A DNA stretch of 60,905 bases. Origin: Aplysia californica (Eukaryota). The notes under the pieces are model-generated. The model saw only the letters and a list, made by a program, of their open reading frames with translations. It did no database searches and was not told the DNA's origin. How positions within the stretch are numbered: the stretch's first letter is position 1; each line of letters starts with the position of its first letter. Shown one piece after another: positions 40,701-51,719 of this stretch. Location of the stretch: positions 81,338 to 142,242 of the forward strand of contig NW_004798372.1 of NCBI RefSeq assembly GCF_000002075.1, read 5' to 3'. Position numbers and translations under genes: made by a program.

Positions 40701-43020
40701 GAAAGGTCCGAGACACGATGCCCAACTACTGGGGAAAAGCTATGAAGAAGGAAGAAGATGTAAATTACTTAGGCTCAACCATTGAAAAGAGTGACTGTTT
40801 TAGTTTTAGTAAGTATTTTATGGCATTTGCAACACAATTAAGTCATATAGGTGCCGAAGACTAGAGGTGTTGCAAGATAGTAACAAACAAAAAAGGAGGA
40901 GAGATAAGGATGATAATAGATGTTTGATTGGAAAAAAGGAGCAAACCACACCAGAGCATCCGCTTAACACCCGCAGAGAGTGACTACACAAACAACAAAA
41001 AAGTTAATTGCACAAACCTGTACTAAAATCATATTGAGCTTTCCAACATAAACCTTTTCTCTTTCCAACAGTGTGGCCTCTGAAGAGGTTTTGATGATTA
41101 ATCCAACAATGTACTTTTTTATTCCTGAAATAAAACAAACACGGAAAGACAATTAGTTGTACACATATTTTGTATAACCATGTGAGATAACTGTTTTAAA
41201 ACACCCACAATGCCATAACAATGAACATAGCTTGTGCAGAAAAATACCAGTTACAGTCATACAACATACTAAACAGAAGAAAACATTTTGTTGAATGAAG
41301 CTACATAATATCATGTTGGTACATAGTGAAGACAACTACACAATGAAGGAGATTAAATCTTTTGACTCAGTGGGCCATAAGGCATACATGGTCTATAAAA
41401 AGAACCTAGTGCAGCCTCTTGCAATGTTTTCTCTAATAAGGGCCAATGGAACAAAACCCCACAAAGAAACCAGATTTCATTACTCAGGTGTGCCGAAACC
41501 ACCACACACACCAACCGACAGTCCCATTTTCTGAAAATGTATCACAACTCAATTTTTTTTTTAAAACAAAGAGACATAATACAATCTTTGGGGGAACAAC
41601 AGAGCCTTGCCTGGGAAGGAGAGACTAAGGTTAAGAAGGAAAGACTTTCCGATTTATAAATTTTTCTCTTTTTATCACTTTCACTTTACTTTGCTGTAAT
41701 GTAAATAAAACAAATTAGATACAAACCTAAAATCAACATACCCATCAAACTAAAGGACAAAAAAAAAAAAAAGAATAGGATACTGAAACAATAAAAACTG
41801 CATCATATAAAAAACCAACAAATTGAATGCCCAATCAACCCATGAAACCACAATTAATTGGGCTGCCACTACAACAGGAGTCCTGCAAAGTAGGAAATAG
41901 AGGGAAACTGTAAGTAAAAGAGGTCTGAATTAAAAAGAAAAAACCTGTGAATTTTCCACACTGTGGACTTTACTGCACAGATATTTGACAATAGTCATCT
42001 TCAAATTGAACGTATCTATCTGCCACACTCACCTTCACACTGTGCCCTGGGCAACACCTTCCATCTGGTTTTAATTACATTTTCAAGGATCTGAAGAGCA
42101 TAATACTTGGTCTGCTGATTACTCGAGAACTCCAGAATGGTGTCCACTCGAGTCCAGGCATCTGGATGTTCCTTGAGCCGAGTCAGAACTTCCTGGGCCA
42201 TTCGCTGCTGCTCAACAAAGAAACAGGAATCCAGCATTCAGAATGAGGAAATCAACACAATTTTGTTTAAAAATTCAATTTTGCACTAAACAGCGATACT
42301 CTGTGAGTCATATGTTGTTTTTCTAGGAGCTCCCTTTTCAGACTAAACCATTTGCAAAGAGCACTCACCTATTACAGTGTGTTCCAAGGGGCATTTAACC
42401 TATAATACAGTTTCACACATTTTTTTTTTTTTTTTTTTTGGGGGGGGGGGGGGGGGGGAGAGCACATTTGAGAGAGACAGAAATACTGCCAGTTACAGAT
42501 AATCTCTTGCAGTATGACTTTCAATAAAAATCAGATATTGAGAAGAAAAAAAAAGATATTTGCAGGAATTCAATGGTGACATTTTGTGGGAAATACAGTA
42601 GAACAAAATAAAATTTAAATAGGAAACACATTCCTTCAATAGATCTTTTCAGCTGGGATAAAAGAAGCTAAAAGTACTATTAGTTATTCTTCCTCCAGGT
42701 GCAAAATATACTAACAACTTTTAAAATAAAAAGCAAGTAGTAATAATCTTACTGCAACAATCCTGCTGCAGGAAACAAATACAGAGGGTGACCGTTAACT
42801 TCTTGCCCTGGTTTCAATACATGACATGAAGCAGCCAATGACATTTCATCATTGTCATCGGGAAGTTCCCATTCCTTTTTATTTGCTTCAAAATACAACC
42901 CACCTGTTGTCCATCTGCAGTGTACATGCATGACACAATGCTGTCCAGAAGTGGGATGTCAAGTTTTTGACTGAAATCTAACAATTTCTCTGCTTGCTCT
43001 GGTAGAGTCGCCATTTTCAT
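19762..43020 (-). CDS. XPO1: Exportin-1 (CRM1), about 1074 aa, 24 coding exons
   Basis: Exons (- strand): 43020-42904, 42207-42033, 41124-41018, 39777-39662, 39502-39388, 38863-38744, 38117-38063, 35655-35579, 35045-34887, 34446-34237, 33453-33315, 32757-32654, 30307-30230, 29639-29483, 28588-28323, 27848-27672, 27416-27270, 26368-26246, 25931-25860, 24654-24579, 24068-23841, 23569-23407, 22034-21938, 19908-19762. Total 3225 nt, GT-AG, phases consistent. Diagnostic peptides [49 protein letters not shown], and C-terminus [16 protein letters not shown]. An acceptor at 43044 implies an upstream non-coding exon. Confidence 0.97.
20244..21638. mobile_element. Foldback (palindromic) Tc1/mariner DD41D (rosa-type) relic in last XPO1 intron
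   Basis: TA flanks at 20242-20243 and 21639-21640, termini CAGGGTGAT...ATCACCCTG. Arms 20244-20780 and 21108-21638 are reverse complements and both include transposase C-terminal sequence ([12 protein letters not shown]...KGGHLEHLF). Motif QDG[13 protein letters not shown] has 41 residues between the last two Asp. Confidence 0.9.
20573..21100 (-). pseudogene. Truncated DD41D mariner transposase catalytic-domain fragment
   Basis: GPFFFED...[11 protein letters not shown]...(in-frame TGA)...[10 protein letters not shown]...[16 protein letters not shown]; N-terminal DNA-binding part absent. Confidence 0.85.
22274..23053. mobile_element. TTAA-flanked non-autonomous DNA element (piggyBac-type)
   Basis: TIR CTCA(C/T)T(G/T)GCTGC; TTAA at 22270-22273 and 23054-23057. 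Confidence 0.72.
25258..25755 (-). mobile_element. tRNA-derived SINE (family A)
   Basis: Reverse complement aligns along its length with the 36529-37037 copy (GGGGGCTCTCGTGG...GTTAAAGATCCCTTGGTGGTC...ATGACCTTATGCTGTT...GCCGTAAAAC). Confidence 0.85.
26719..26874. mobile_element. Small MITE/hairpin (~156 bp)
   Basis: About 45-bp imperfect inverted repeat CATATCGCGACCTCAGTGCTTTCTTGT.../...ACAAGAAAGCACTGAGGTCGTGATATG. Confidence 0.7.
28890..29044 (-). repeat. Copy of the ~170-bp dispersed repeat
   Basis: Reverse complement matches 53290-53467 (near-identical spurious ORFs [13 protein letters not shown] in the ORF track). Confidence 0.75.
30754..32212. mobile_element. Non-autonomous hAT-like element with 6-bp TSD
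   Basis: Perfect 12-bp TIR CAGGGTCCCCAC; TAACTA at 30748-30753 and 32213-32218; array of TTCCCGA(C/T) subterminal repeats at about 32113-32197. Confidence 0.8.
35718..37360. mobile_element. Older non-autonomous hAT-like element (contains a SINE)
   Basis: 15-bp TIR CAGGGTTCCCACTCA; TSD decayed (TCTAAA/TCTCAT); TTTTCC-type subterminal repeats. Confidence 0.65.
36529..37037 (+). mobile_element. tRNA-derived SINE (family A) nested in a hAT-like element
   Basis: 11-bp TSD TAAGACTTTTC (36517-36527, 37038-37048); head GGGGCTCTCGTG...GGTTTGAATC; core GTGCACGTTAAAGATCCTTTGGTGGTC. Confidence 0.88.
40800..40963 (-). repeat. Copy of the ~170-bp dispersed repeat
   Basis: GCAAACCACACCAGAGCATCCGC and TAGAGGTGTTGCAAGA shared with the other copies. 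Confidence 0.7.
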
Positions 43021-43250
43021 CGTTATCTGTTACACATTGAATATCTGTGAAAAATAAAACCACATTTCACTTACTATGCACTGCTAAAAAAAAAATTGAA
43101 TCGTGAGACAAGATAAAAAAGAAGCTTCTTCAGTATTCACTTAAATTTCTAACCCCGGAATTATTTTCCATGTTTTGACGGAATTTTTGTTTACATTTTG
43201 CAAAATATGCAACAGGATATACAGGCAAAATGATAATAAAATGGCTAATC

Positions 43251-44022
43251 TAGCATCTGCGTTTGTCGCGGCCGCGATTTTTGGTCTGCGAATTTTGACT
43301 TTTTTCAGGAAAAAAAAGCTACTTCATAACCCATTACTTATTAGACATGTATTCTTCTTTATTTTAAGGTGTCCATGTATAGTTATTTTCATGCGAAGAA
43401 TATACGTACATTACATACTATTTATATATTGCTGTTTGTCTTTTATTTTCCTATCTTTGTTGTGTTTTACATTTGTTGGTGTGTTAATTTTTTTATTGTT
43501 CTGATGTGCTGTTTTTATTTTTTTAAATTTGGGTGTTTATATAGGGTAATGTAATTTAATTTGATGTTGTTCCTACCCTTTTAAAATTTATATAAATGTG
43601 TTATGAATAGCGAGTCTCCACCAAAACCGAATACTGTCACTGGCAGGCCCCTTGTGTGTGATTCTATAATTTACTTGAAATATCCGGTACTTATTCTTGA
43701 ATTAAATACTTTATAGGTTAAAACGGCCAATCTTCGGATAGGTGGACACACGCCCTTATTTGTTAATTTTTGTGGTTGTGTATATGAGCTGTTCTAAATT
43801 TGATTTCCTTCTGTTGTGAAACCTTTCTTGTTCACATTTTTACACTCAGTGTGGTTACAAATGATATTCTGGATGCTGAAAACAGCACACAAAATTCTGG
43901 TGCGTTAGATTTAGATGAAGTTACCTCTATCAACATGTTGCTACATACGTCTTCACAGAGTTGAAAGCTTGAAAATTAATGGCAACTTTTAGACTGAAAA
44001 ATGGCAACAAACGCAGATGTTA
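43251..44022. mobile_element. Non-autonomous hAT-like element in XPO1 first intron
   Basis: TIR TA(G/A)CATCTGCGTTTGT(C/T)GC; 8-bp TSD GGCTAATC/GGCTAATA. Confidence 0.72.
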
Positions 44023-45649
44023 GGCTAATACTGTGTCAAAATGAAACAGGAAGTGTAGTATATACATCTAACACTTCCAAGTCAAAATAAATCTACTCGG
44101 ATTCCTAAAAGATTGTATTAGCAGTAATGTTTCATGCACCCAGCAAACTGACTGGATGCTGGAACCGCCCACTTGGGTGGACTGATTGTACAGCACTTTT
44201 CTTCATTGGTAACCGGTCATTTCGTCACATCCCAATTATGTGTGACGAAATGACTTCGCTTAATATCTCTCCAAAATTGTTAAATTGTTATGCTAGTAAA
44301 GTTTTGTAGGATCAGCCTGAAGCTTTTTTTAAAAATTATATATATATATTTGTAAATTATTAATGAAAATTAAATCTTCATCAAACTGTTCCATAGTTTA
44401 AAAATAGTTTAAATAAGGCAAAAAAACATCATTGGGACCTGTAGATCTAATCCAATGAGGTTATTATACAGTAATGGAGGCTGTTCTAGATAGGAAAGAG
44501 GGTTTTTATTCTGAGGCCCTTGAGATTAGGAAAGTCAGCAGATTTATTTTGTTTTAAAACCCATTTATCTCATTACTATTACAGATGTCAAAATATAGAT
44601 GTCCTTGCGGCTCCATATTTTAAAAAAATAATAATCCAGTACCAGCTTAACAAAAACGGCAAACAACTTCTCTATTAAAGAAAGATGAAGGAAAAGGGGT
44701 GGGTGGAAAAAGTTTGTGTCTCCTTTAATAGTACTGTACCCGGTTTAATCTGTCATAGTAAGAAGTCTCCACCTGAGATCCCATTGTTTATGATCCCGGT
44801 TCACTTAAGATTCCGTTGTTTAAAGAAAAAAACCCAAAAACAACAAATTTTATTATAGAAAAGTCACAACTAAGATCCTACTCTGGAGTTTGAAGTTCCC
44901 GAATTTTAGACCAAATTTCTCTGAACAAAAAAACCTTATGGATCATCCACACTCGTACATGATAACATATGATCACATATCTCCACTCTAAATTTCTCGA
45001 TGAGTGGTACAAGGTTCGCCCCCGGCTCAGGGGCCTTACAATGAAAGGATCACACCCAGGGGTGAACTTTTCGACGTCTTTGATTTCTCCGAACATCTAA
45101 CTACAGCAAGGCGGGAATCGGTAGGCAGGGCCAAAAAGGCTGCATCAGATGGGATCACATCGAACTGTGATTTCATTGGCGCTTTTGCTTCACTGACCAT
45201 CTATCAGGTGTGCATCAGAATTTGCTACAGATTTTGCACATGTACTCTGGAGTCTCCGATTGCCTTTGTGTAATGTTGAGCCAACTTTTCATTTTTGTAA
45301 TTTTAATTGGTGCATTAACAAAACAATGATGAGTTACGACCTGAATATGAGCTGTGATTTCAGTCAGAGGTGAAGGAAAGTAGCAATAAATACTTCACAG
45401 GTAAAGGGGAGGAGCAATGAGTGAGATACTTAATTTGACTTAAAGGAACCCAACGACACAAGCTAACAATTAAGACTAGTTTGCGCATCAATCCCATTTA
45501 AAAAGACAAAGGATATTATATTACCTTTTCAATAATTAAAACCATTGGGAGGGTTGCACTAAAAAAAAAGGAAACAAAATTACCGTGCTCAATAATCCAA
45601 AGACAAAGGCAAAGGCATCATTGTATAATCATGTAAAAACGATGGCTAC

Positions 45650-46900
45650 TAGATCTAGCTTCTTCTAGTAGGCCTACTGGCGTTTCAAATAGCACGGGAG
45701 CTATTCAGAACGCGGCGTTGCAAATAGCGCTTGCCGATCTTTAAACTATTGGTAGGCTGTGTTTTACAACTCTACTAGTCAACATAAGGATCAAAACATA
45801 AAGTTCATGGACAGTCACCCCCCCCTTCTCGTTCTCTCTGTGTCCTCTCTCTCTCTCTTTTACTCCACCCCCCTCCCCCTCTCTTTCTTTTACTGTTTCT
45901 CTCTCCATCTTAATCTCCCAGGCCAGCCCCACCACCTTCACCCATCTTTATTGCACGTATTCTCTCCCATATTATTGTAGCCCACTGCCTAGCCCAACTA
46001 TAGGCCTAGAATTCTAGATCTATTCTTTGTAAAAGAAAAAACCGTAGTTCGAACTGGGTGACCATGCCATAGGTTGGTGCCATTTTGTATGTTCCACTGG
46101 GGGCATGCTGCGCTGTGCCGTGAAAAGAGAGAGGGGAGGGTCCATTTGTTGTAAGTGTAGTAAGGTGTTTGTTCGGTGTTGTACCGTCTGCTGTGTCAGT
46201 GTCTGTGTAACCTCTAAGAGTTGAGAGACAGGGATCTAGAATAGATCTAGACTCTAGATCTAATTTTAAAACTTTTTTACAAAATATAAGAGGAGAGTGC
46301 TCTGAGGGACTGGAATAATAATTTTCGGGAAGAAGTTGTTTTTGTTGAGGAAGGGGAGTGGGGGAGGCTCAGGTAAAAGGTTAGCATTTTTCAGACCAAT
46401 AATGTCCAAAGGGCTCACTGCCACTGTCCGATGACAAATGATACTTGATTAACTTGATAGATCTAGATCTAGATTCTAGATCTAAATCTAGATTCTGCCT
46501 CCGGCACAGGAGGCGGTCATCAAATTTTTAGAGATGAAAAGAACTTCTTGGCGGGGGAAAGAAAGTAGGCAAAGTCCGCAAAGAAGACTTTATTAACCTA
46601 TACTCTGGTTCTGTGTTTCTTTGGGAGTATGGTCCGTCTTTTCAGACATTTATTTTCTTTTTTTCCAATTCCATCATACGATTAGGAGCAATGAAATTCC
46701 ATGGTTAGTCTTTTCTCCAGTAAATACTATTTGTACTACGCCTCGTGTTTACAACTCGCGCGAGGAGATCGACAGGTCACATGACCTGCATGCTGCATGG
46801 CTGTTGCTTCAATGAAACCCTTCTAAACTTCCGTTGTTTACATCTCGAAACATGGCGGCGCCCATAACATTTCACATGATTCTTACCTTTACAGTGAGTT
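45650..46900. promoter_or_regulatory. Candidate promoter region for XPO1 (and possibly divergent ZNF410)
   Basis: Locally CpG-richer; YY1-like AAAATGGC (- strand, about 46079-46086) and AACATGGCGGC (+, about 46849); pyrimidine tract CCCTCCCCTCTCTCTTTTC on - strand near 46122-46140; flanked by TCTAGA arrays; candidate donors at 45583 (-) and 46374 (+). No TSS data. Confidence 0.4.
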
Positions 46901-48427
46901 ATACAGTGCTTTAAAACTAAATATGACCACAATGAAGAACCAACGACGTAAATTGTACATGAACATTACCTCTATGACCGCTGTCTTGAAGCTCTGTCCG
47001 AATTCTGAAGAAAACACCCAAACTTACAAACCGGTTGGAACTGGTACATGTTCGCCATATGCCTAGAGTTCGGCAAGTTCCGTAAACGATGAAAAACATT
47101 GTAAAAGCTTGTAAAATTTTCCAGAATCAGTTATAATAATTTTAATAGACAATAAAATGATATTGAGATGTATAAAATTATTTTTTAATGTGGAAGATGG
47201 AAGTGTACCAATTGAAGTTGTTCGTTGTTTTCCGGAGACTTTGTGACAGTGAAGTTATCTGGATTCTCATTGGTCAAATAATTTTTGCTCCTTCATGATG
47301 TTAAAAGTGTTAAATTCCTTCTTTCAAGTAAAACTTTCCTGTGAAAAATAAATATTTTATTGGAATCGTCCCTGTAAAGTTGTGGCATTTTCTAATTGCT
47401 TCTTATAAATGTATTTTTTTCGAATTTATGGCCATAAGCCAGAAGGAAAAATCCCTCAAATGAACCAATCACCGTGCGCCTCTGTTCGAGTCACAGTGAG
47501 GTATTAACCCTTTAATGCATTTTACCCACCAAACAGTAATTCAAAATCCTTACCTCACTGAATGAACTTAGGAAGACCATGAACTGTTGAGGTTTGTGGT
47601 GCGACTAATCATGCAATATAGTCTTATGGTGTATCTAAAAACATCTTTAAAATGATTTTTAAAAACCCGAAGAACGAGGCCGAGTGTAGGCATAAAACAA
47701 AATATGAACAAAGAATTATAGAATTAACGCGTCGTCATATATCAGGAATTTAAGGCCTGATCTCGATCGACATGCACTGTAATATAATATTATATAATTA
47801 TAGGCCTATATAACCATTAACATTTTAATAATTGCTTTGGCTGTGTGTTATTTCAAAATATTTGTTATATACAGCTTTCCTGATTGTCTGGAAAGCTTTT
47901 GCCGTTGTAGGATCTAGATCTACGTACATATGTACTATTTTCAGTATCAGTATTCTAATTCTAACTTTTACCAATAAAAAAACTTTTTGCTCTGTTCATG
48001 GCGGTAGGCCAACACCCTATGTATGATGTTTTATCATATCTCTAAAAATGTTTCTTTTTTTTTAAATCTCTTCTCAAAGAACTGGGGTTTCAGCTGGCCA
48101 TTATGCTATCTATACAAAGACAGCTGAGCATGATCTCGAGCAGCTATATAATGCTGGGCATAATGTAAACGAATGATACTTCCATTTTTATCTCATTTTC
48201 TAGTCCTCACCATCCTTCTCTAGCTCTCATCCTGTATTCTCACCTCGACCCATGCAAAAATACACAAACAGACGTACAGAGAATACATAAACAAAATCGA
48301 AGACCTATTTTTCAAGAATTGCAATTTGGCACAATAATCATTGCTGTTTTATTAACTTGATTTTTATGTTTGCTACTATTGTTAATTAAAGTCTTAGTGG
48401 TGTAAAATAAACGAAAAATATAAGAGC

Positions 48428-48600
48428 AGGTGGTTGGCGGGTGCGCCGGTGTGGTTGCCCCTTAATTCTTTCCTGTCGAACGTATCGTCCTGATCTCTCG
48501 TCGAATCCTTAGCGTACAAGAAACTTTATTTGTTTGTTACCGATACTCTCACACCTATAATATCGTTGGCACTTCATGTCCTTTTACCTAAACTAAAACC
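48428..48600 (+). repeat. Degenerate copy of the ~170-bp dispersed repeat
   Basis: GGTGGTTGGCGGGTGCGCCGGTGTGGTTG...ACACCTATAAT...CTAAAACTAAAA. Confidence 0.6.
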
Positions 48601-49365
48601 AAAAAAATAAAAGAGTGAGCTATATAATATGTAAAGTGTGTTTTCTTTTGCCTTTGCAGCTTATATACCGCCCTGTCGAAACGAAACGTTGATTTACACA
48701 AACAAAACATAAGCTGTCGATTTGTGTGCAGTTGTCGCAAAAGGGTGAAAACTAAAATTAACTTGACCCCTGTTCTTGTTTCTATTTTGAGTCTGGTAAC
48801 TTTCCGTTCTCACTGAGTTCGATCCACAACATTCGACTTCCGACTTCCTTTGGTTTCACAGAACTTGGATCCAAAAACTGTAGAAGGACCCCGAGACGAA
48901 ATACATTAAAAAGGAAAATCGAGCTATTGAAGCGATATAATGTGTATAAGAAATTGCGAATGAATTTGTCTTTTATGCCTGTTTTAATCGAATAGAGTTT
49001 GTTTCAATTATGCTGGAATTTTGTCAATGGAAAGCTGAGTCTTTCGATGATCCTATGCACTCATTCAGTATGCAGTGCAGCTGACCCCAAATCATCAATC
49101 GGCTGGTACGATGCGGTTCTGTCTTGTTTTTATGGTCTTTGAATCTCTTCTGAAATGTCGCTCTACGGGTTGATGCGCTATTTATTCTTTGAAGAAATAC
49201 ACAATCTTATAGTTTAACTCCTTGGGAAACGAGAGTCTAGATCTAGGCCTAGGTCTAGAATCTAGTAAAGCCCACTTCACTTGACCAAGCTAATAATGGT
49301 CTACGTTCTATGAGTTGGGTTTTTGGGTTGTTGTTTTTTCGTCTGAGATCCTTTGATTTAACACT

Positions 49366-49730
49366 GGCATCGGTGGCCAAGTGGTTTAACTCTGAGACTC
49401 TCAACGTTAAGGATGTGGGTTCGAATACTGTCAGGGGCCCTATATTTATTATTATATGTCCTTGGGAAAGGCACTTTACAATAAAATAATAAATTACATG
49501 GAATTTTCCTCACTTCATCCCGGTGGGAATGGTTGACCAGCTGTTTAGTCAGCGAAAGATCTTCAGTTTGTTAGTGTTTGAGATAGTGAAATTTGCAGCT
49601 TGCACTGTATGCTTCTGAAGAAGCGGAGAATATGTCTAAGTGTTCTGTGATCTGCTGGGGTAATAATGGTTGTCAAATGCAGAGCATGCTGTGGAGCGTG
49701 CGCTATAAATGACATGCAATATTATTTATT
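49366..49730 (+). mobile_element. tRNA-derived SINE (family B, CORE-like)
   Basis: A box TGGCCAAGTGG, B box GGTTCGAATAC, CORE-like TGTCCTTGGGAAAGGCACTTTA, AT-rich tail; a degenerate sibling lies at about 52176-52570. Confidence 0.7.
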
Positions 49731-49989
49731 TTAAGTAAGCATAACATACTAGTAACTAGATCTAGGTGAAACAGCTATGTTTCACTCTAGCCGATTTAAA
49801 TCGGAGTGTGTGATATCTTTATCTTTATATATTTTTATTTTTCATTGTTCTTGATGACAGCAGCTAGACAGTCAGTTTGATGTCGCGCACAAACTGTGCA
49901 GTCCTCTTCAAATCTGAGAGAATGTGCCAGTGCCATAGAGCTTTCTCTCTCAAGAAGAGTCACATTCTGCCACTTCTGTGTACTACAGG

Positions 49990-50170
49990 TGGCGTAGCGC
50001 GGGCACTGCAGAAGGATATGGTTGGCATCCTCTTGGTCGTGTCCACATTCGCAGATCGTGGACTCTCTCACTTTTTTAGATTTAGTGTTTTTATGTATAT
50101 AATGGTGTTTGAGTTTGTTGTGACCACAACGGAGTCGAAAGATTGTGAACTGGTCTGCTTTCTTTAGCTA
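49990..50170 (-). mobile_element. Non-LTR retrotransposon ORF2 C-terminal fragment (CCHC knuckle)
   Basis: Peptide CECGHDQEDANHILLQCPRY, typical of the LINE C-terminal zinc knuckle; no other domains visible. Confidence 0.55.
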
Positions 50171-50309
50171 GCATGTAGTAGGGGTATTTTTATAAATACA
50201 CAGCTGTTGCAAGTGAGCTATTCGTCACCTGAACCACGATATTTATTAAATGCTGTGTTCATGAAGCTTTCACCTTGGGTAGGATAGGATTAAGTTCATA
50301 AATCATAGT

Positions 50310-50741
50310 TATGTGAGGCATTGTGGTGAAATTAGGCGCTTGTCAAAATAATGAAATCAAAGAAGCTGGCATTTTTCTGTCCGTTTTGGCAATTTTTATT
50401 GAATTTTTTGTTTATTGACTCAACAACACCTTGAAGGTCCATTTTAAAAACAATGTGTGTGGATTTTACTGACAAATGTTTATTTAAGGCAGAAAAATAA
50501 ATTTGCAGCTTCTAAGGACTCTCAAGGTGTGGAAGTCGCCAAACTTTGGTGGCCATTTTCCCGCTAATTTTACCTCTGGAACCAGGAGACTCCTACCTCC
50601 TTCAATGGCAAATATCTCAACTTCTTTTCAAATTATTTTTTTCACCGAAAGCAAGACAAATGAACAAGTTTTAAAATGATACCAATCTCTACATGTCCAA
50701 AAATTGATGAGCGCCTGATTCCCCTGCGTCGTGACACATAT
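50310..50741. mobile_element. ~430-bp MITE (copy 1 of an inverted pair)
   Basis: Imperfect ~35-bp TIRs (ATGTGAGGCAT.GTGGTGAAAT.AGGCGCT / GAGCGCCTGATTCCCC.GCGTCGTGACACATAT); reverse complement aligns with 55423-55863. Confidence 0.78.
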
Positions 50742-51719
50742 TATGTAAACTTATGCCTTGAAGCTGCTCAAACTGCAAAAATAAAACTGTGTTCTAAATT
50801 TTTACTCCCCCCTCTCCTGATCTGAAGTTTCTTTTTCAATCTGATACTTATAGTTTACTGCACTGCTGTATCCAGTAATTGGTAGTCGTATAATAAGATG
50901 TTATTATAGAGTTGAATGAATTGCAGTTTTGATTGAAAGGAGATGTATGCAGAGTGATTTGAATCATTACCAAACATTACATTGCAAGCCTTATTCAGAC
51001 AACAGTCAAACCTGTCCGAGATGACCACCTATCATAACTGCCAAGTACTCTGATAAAATTGGAGCTCCACGATTTTATTTTACCCATCAAAGAACCTTGA
51101 TCGGATTACTTGATTAGCATAAAACCTTTCTTTTTAAATTCCGTTTCTGTCAGGTCGCATATATGACTTACTGCAAATGGTGTGAAAAATACATTTTTTA
51201 TTTGTGTTTATTTTCTATATTAGTGCAAATTGTCATGCATGAACCCATTTTTATTTTTGCAACGCACATTAATTTATTTGCTGTAGTCGGTTTATGTTAT
51301 AATTATCTTAATCTATTAGGGTCCTGGAGATTCTGGGTTTTTTACCCCCAAACTCCTATTATTAATATTATTAGTCATGAAGTTGTCAGCATGTCTGATC
51401 CATTGTCAAATCAAGGAGAAAGTGGTTATCCTAAATAGGTGGTCCTCTTGAACTTTGTCATTATAAACAAGAAACGGATGGGAGGAATGGAAGTGGTTGT
51501 TTGTACAGGTGACAGGTCATTGTCTTGGACAGGTGGTCGACAGTTGTATTTTTATTTAAAGAATCTGTGTCTGTGACGATCACATCAGTTTTTTGTTTAA
51601 AATGTCCCCCTATGTTTCTGGATGTTTCAAATTTTAATGTCCTATGACCTGTAACTCAAATCACTAATCACCTCATGTTATTTTGATCTAGAGATATGAC
51701 AGCACAGTAGGAGATTCCG

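Noticed and set aside
49366-49440. Possible tRNA gene (A and B boxes)
   Set aside because: No convincing cloverleaf; it continues into a CORE-like body and tail, so it is a SINE head. The same applies to the heads at 11526, 25755, 36529 and 55989.
51003-51548. Possible Tigger/pogo-like MITE (CAGTCAAACCTGTC...GACAGGTGG), with similar motifs at about 5635-5775
   Set aside because: Ends and TSD are too decayed to define with confidence.
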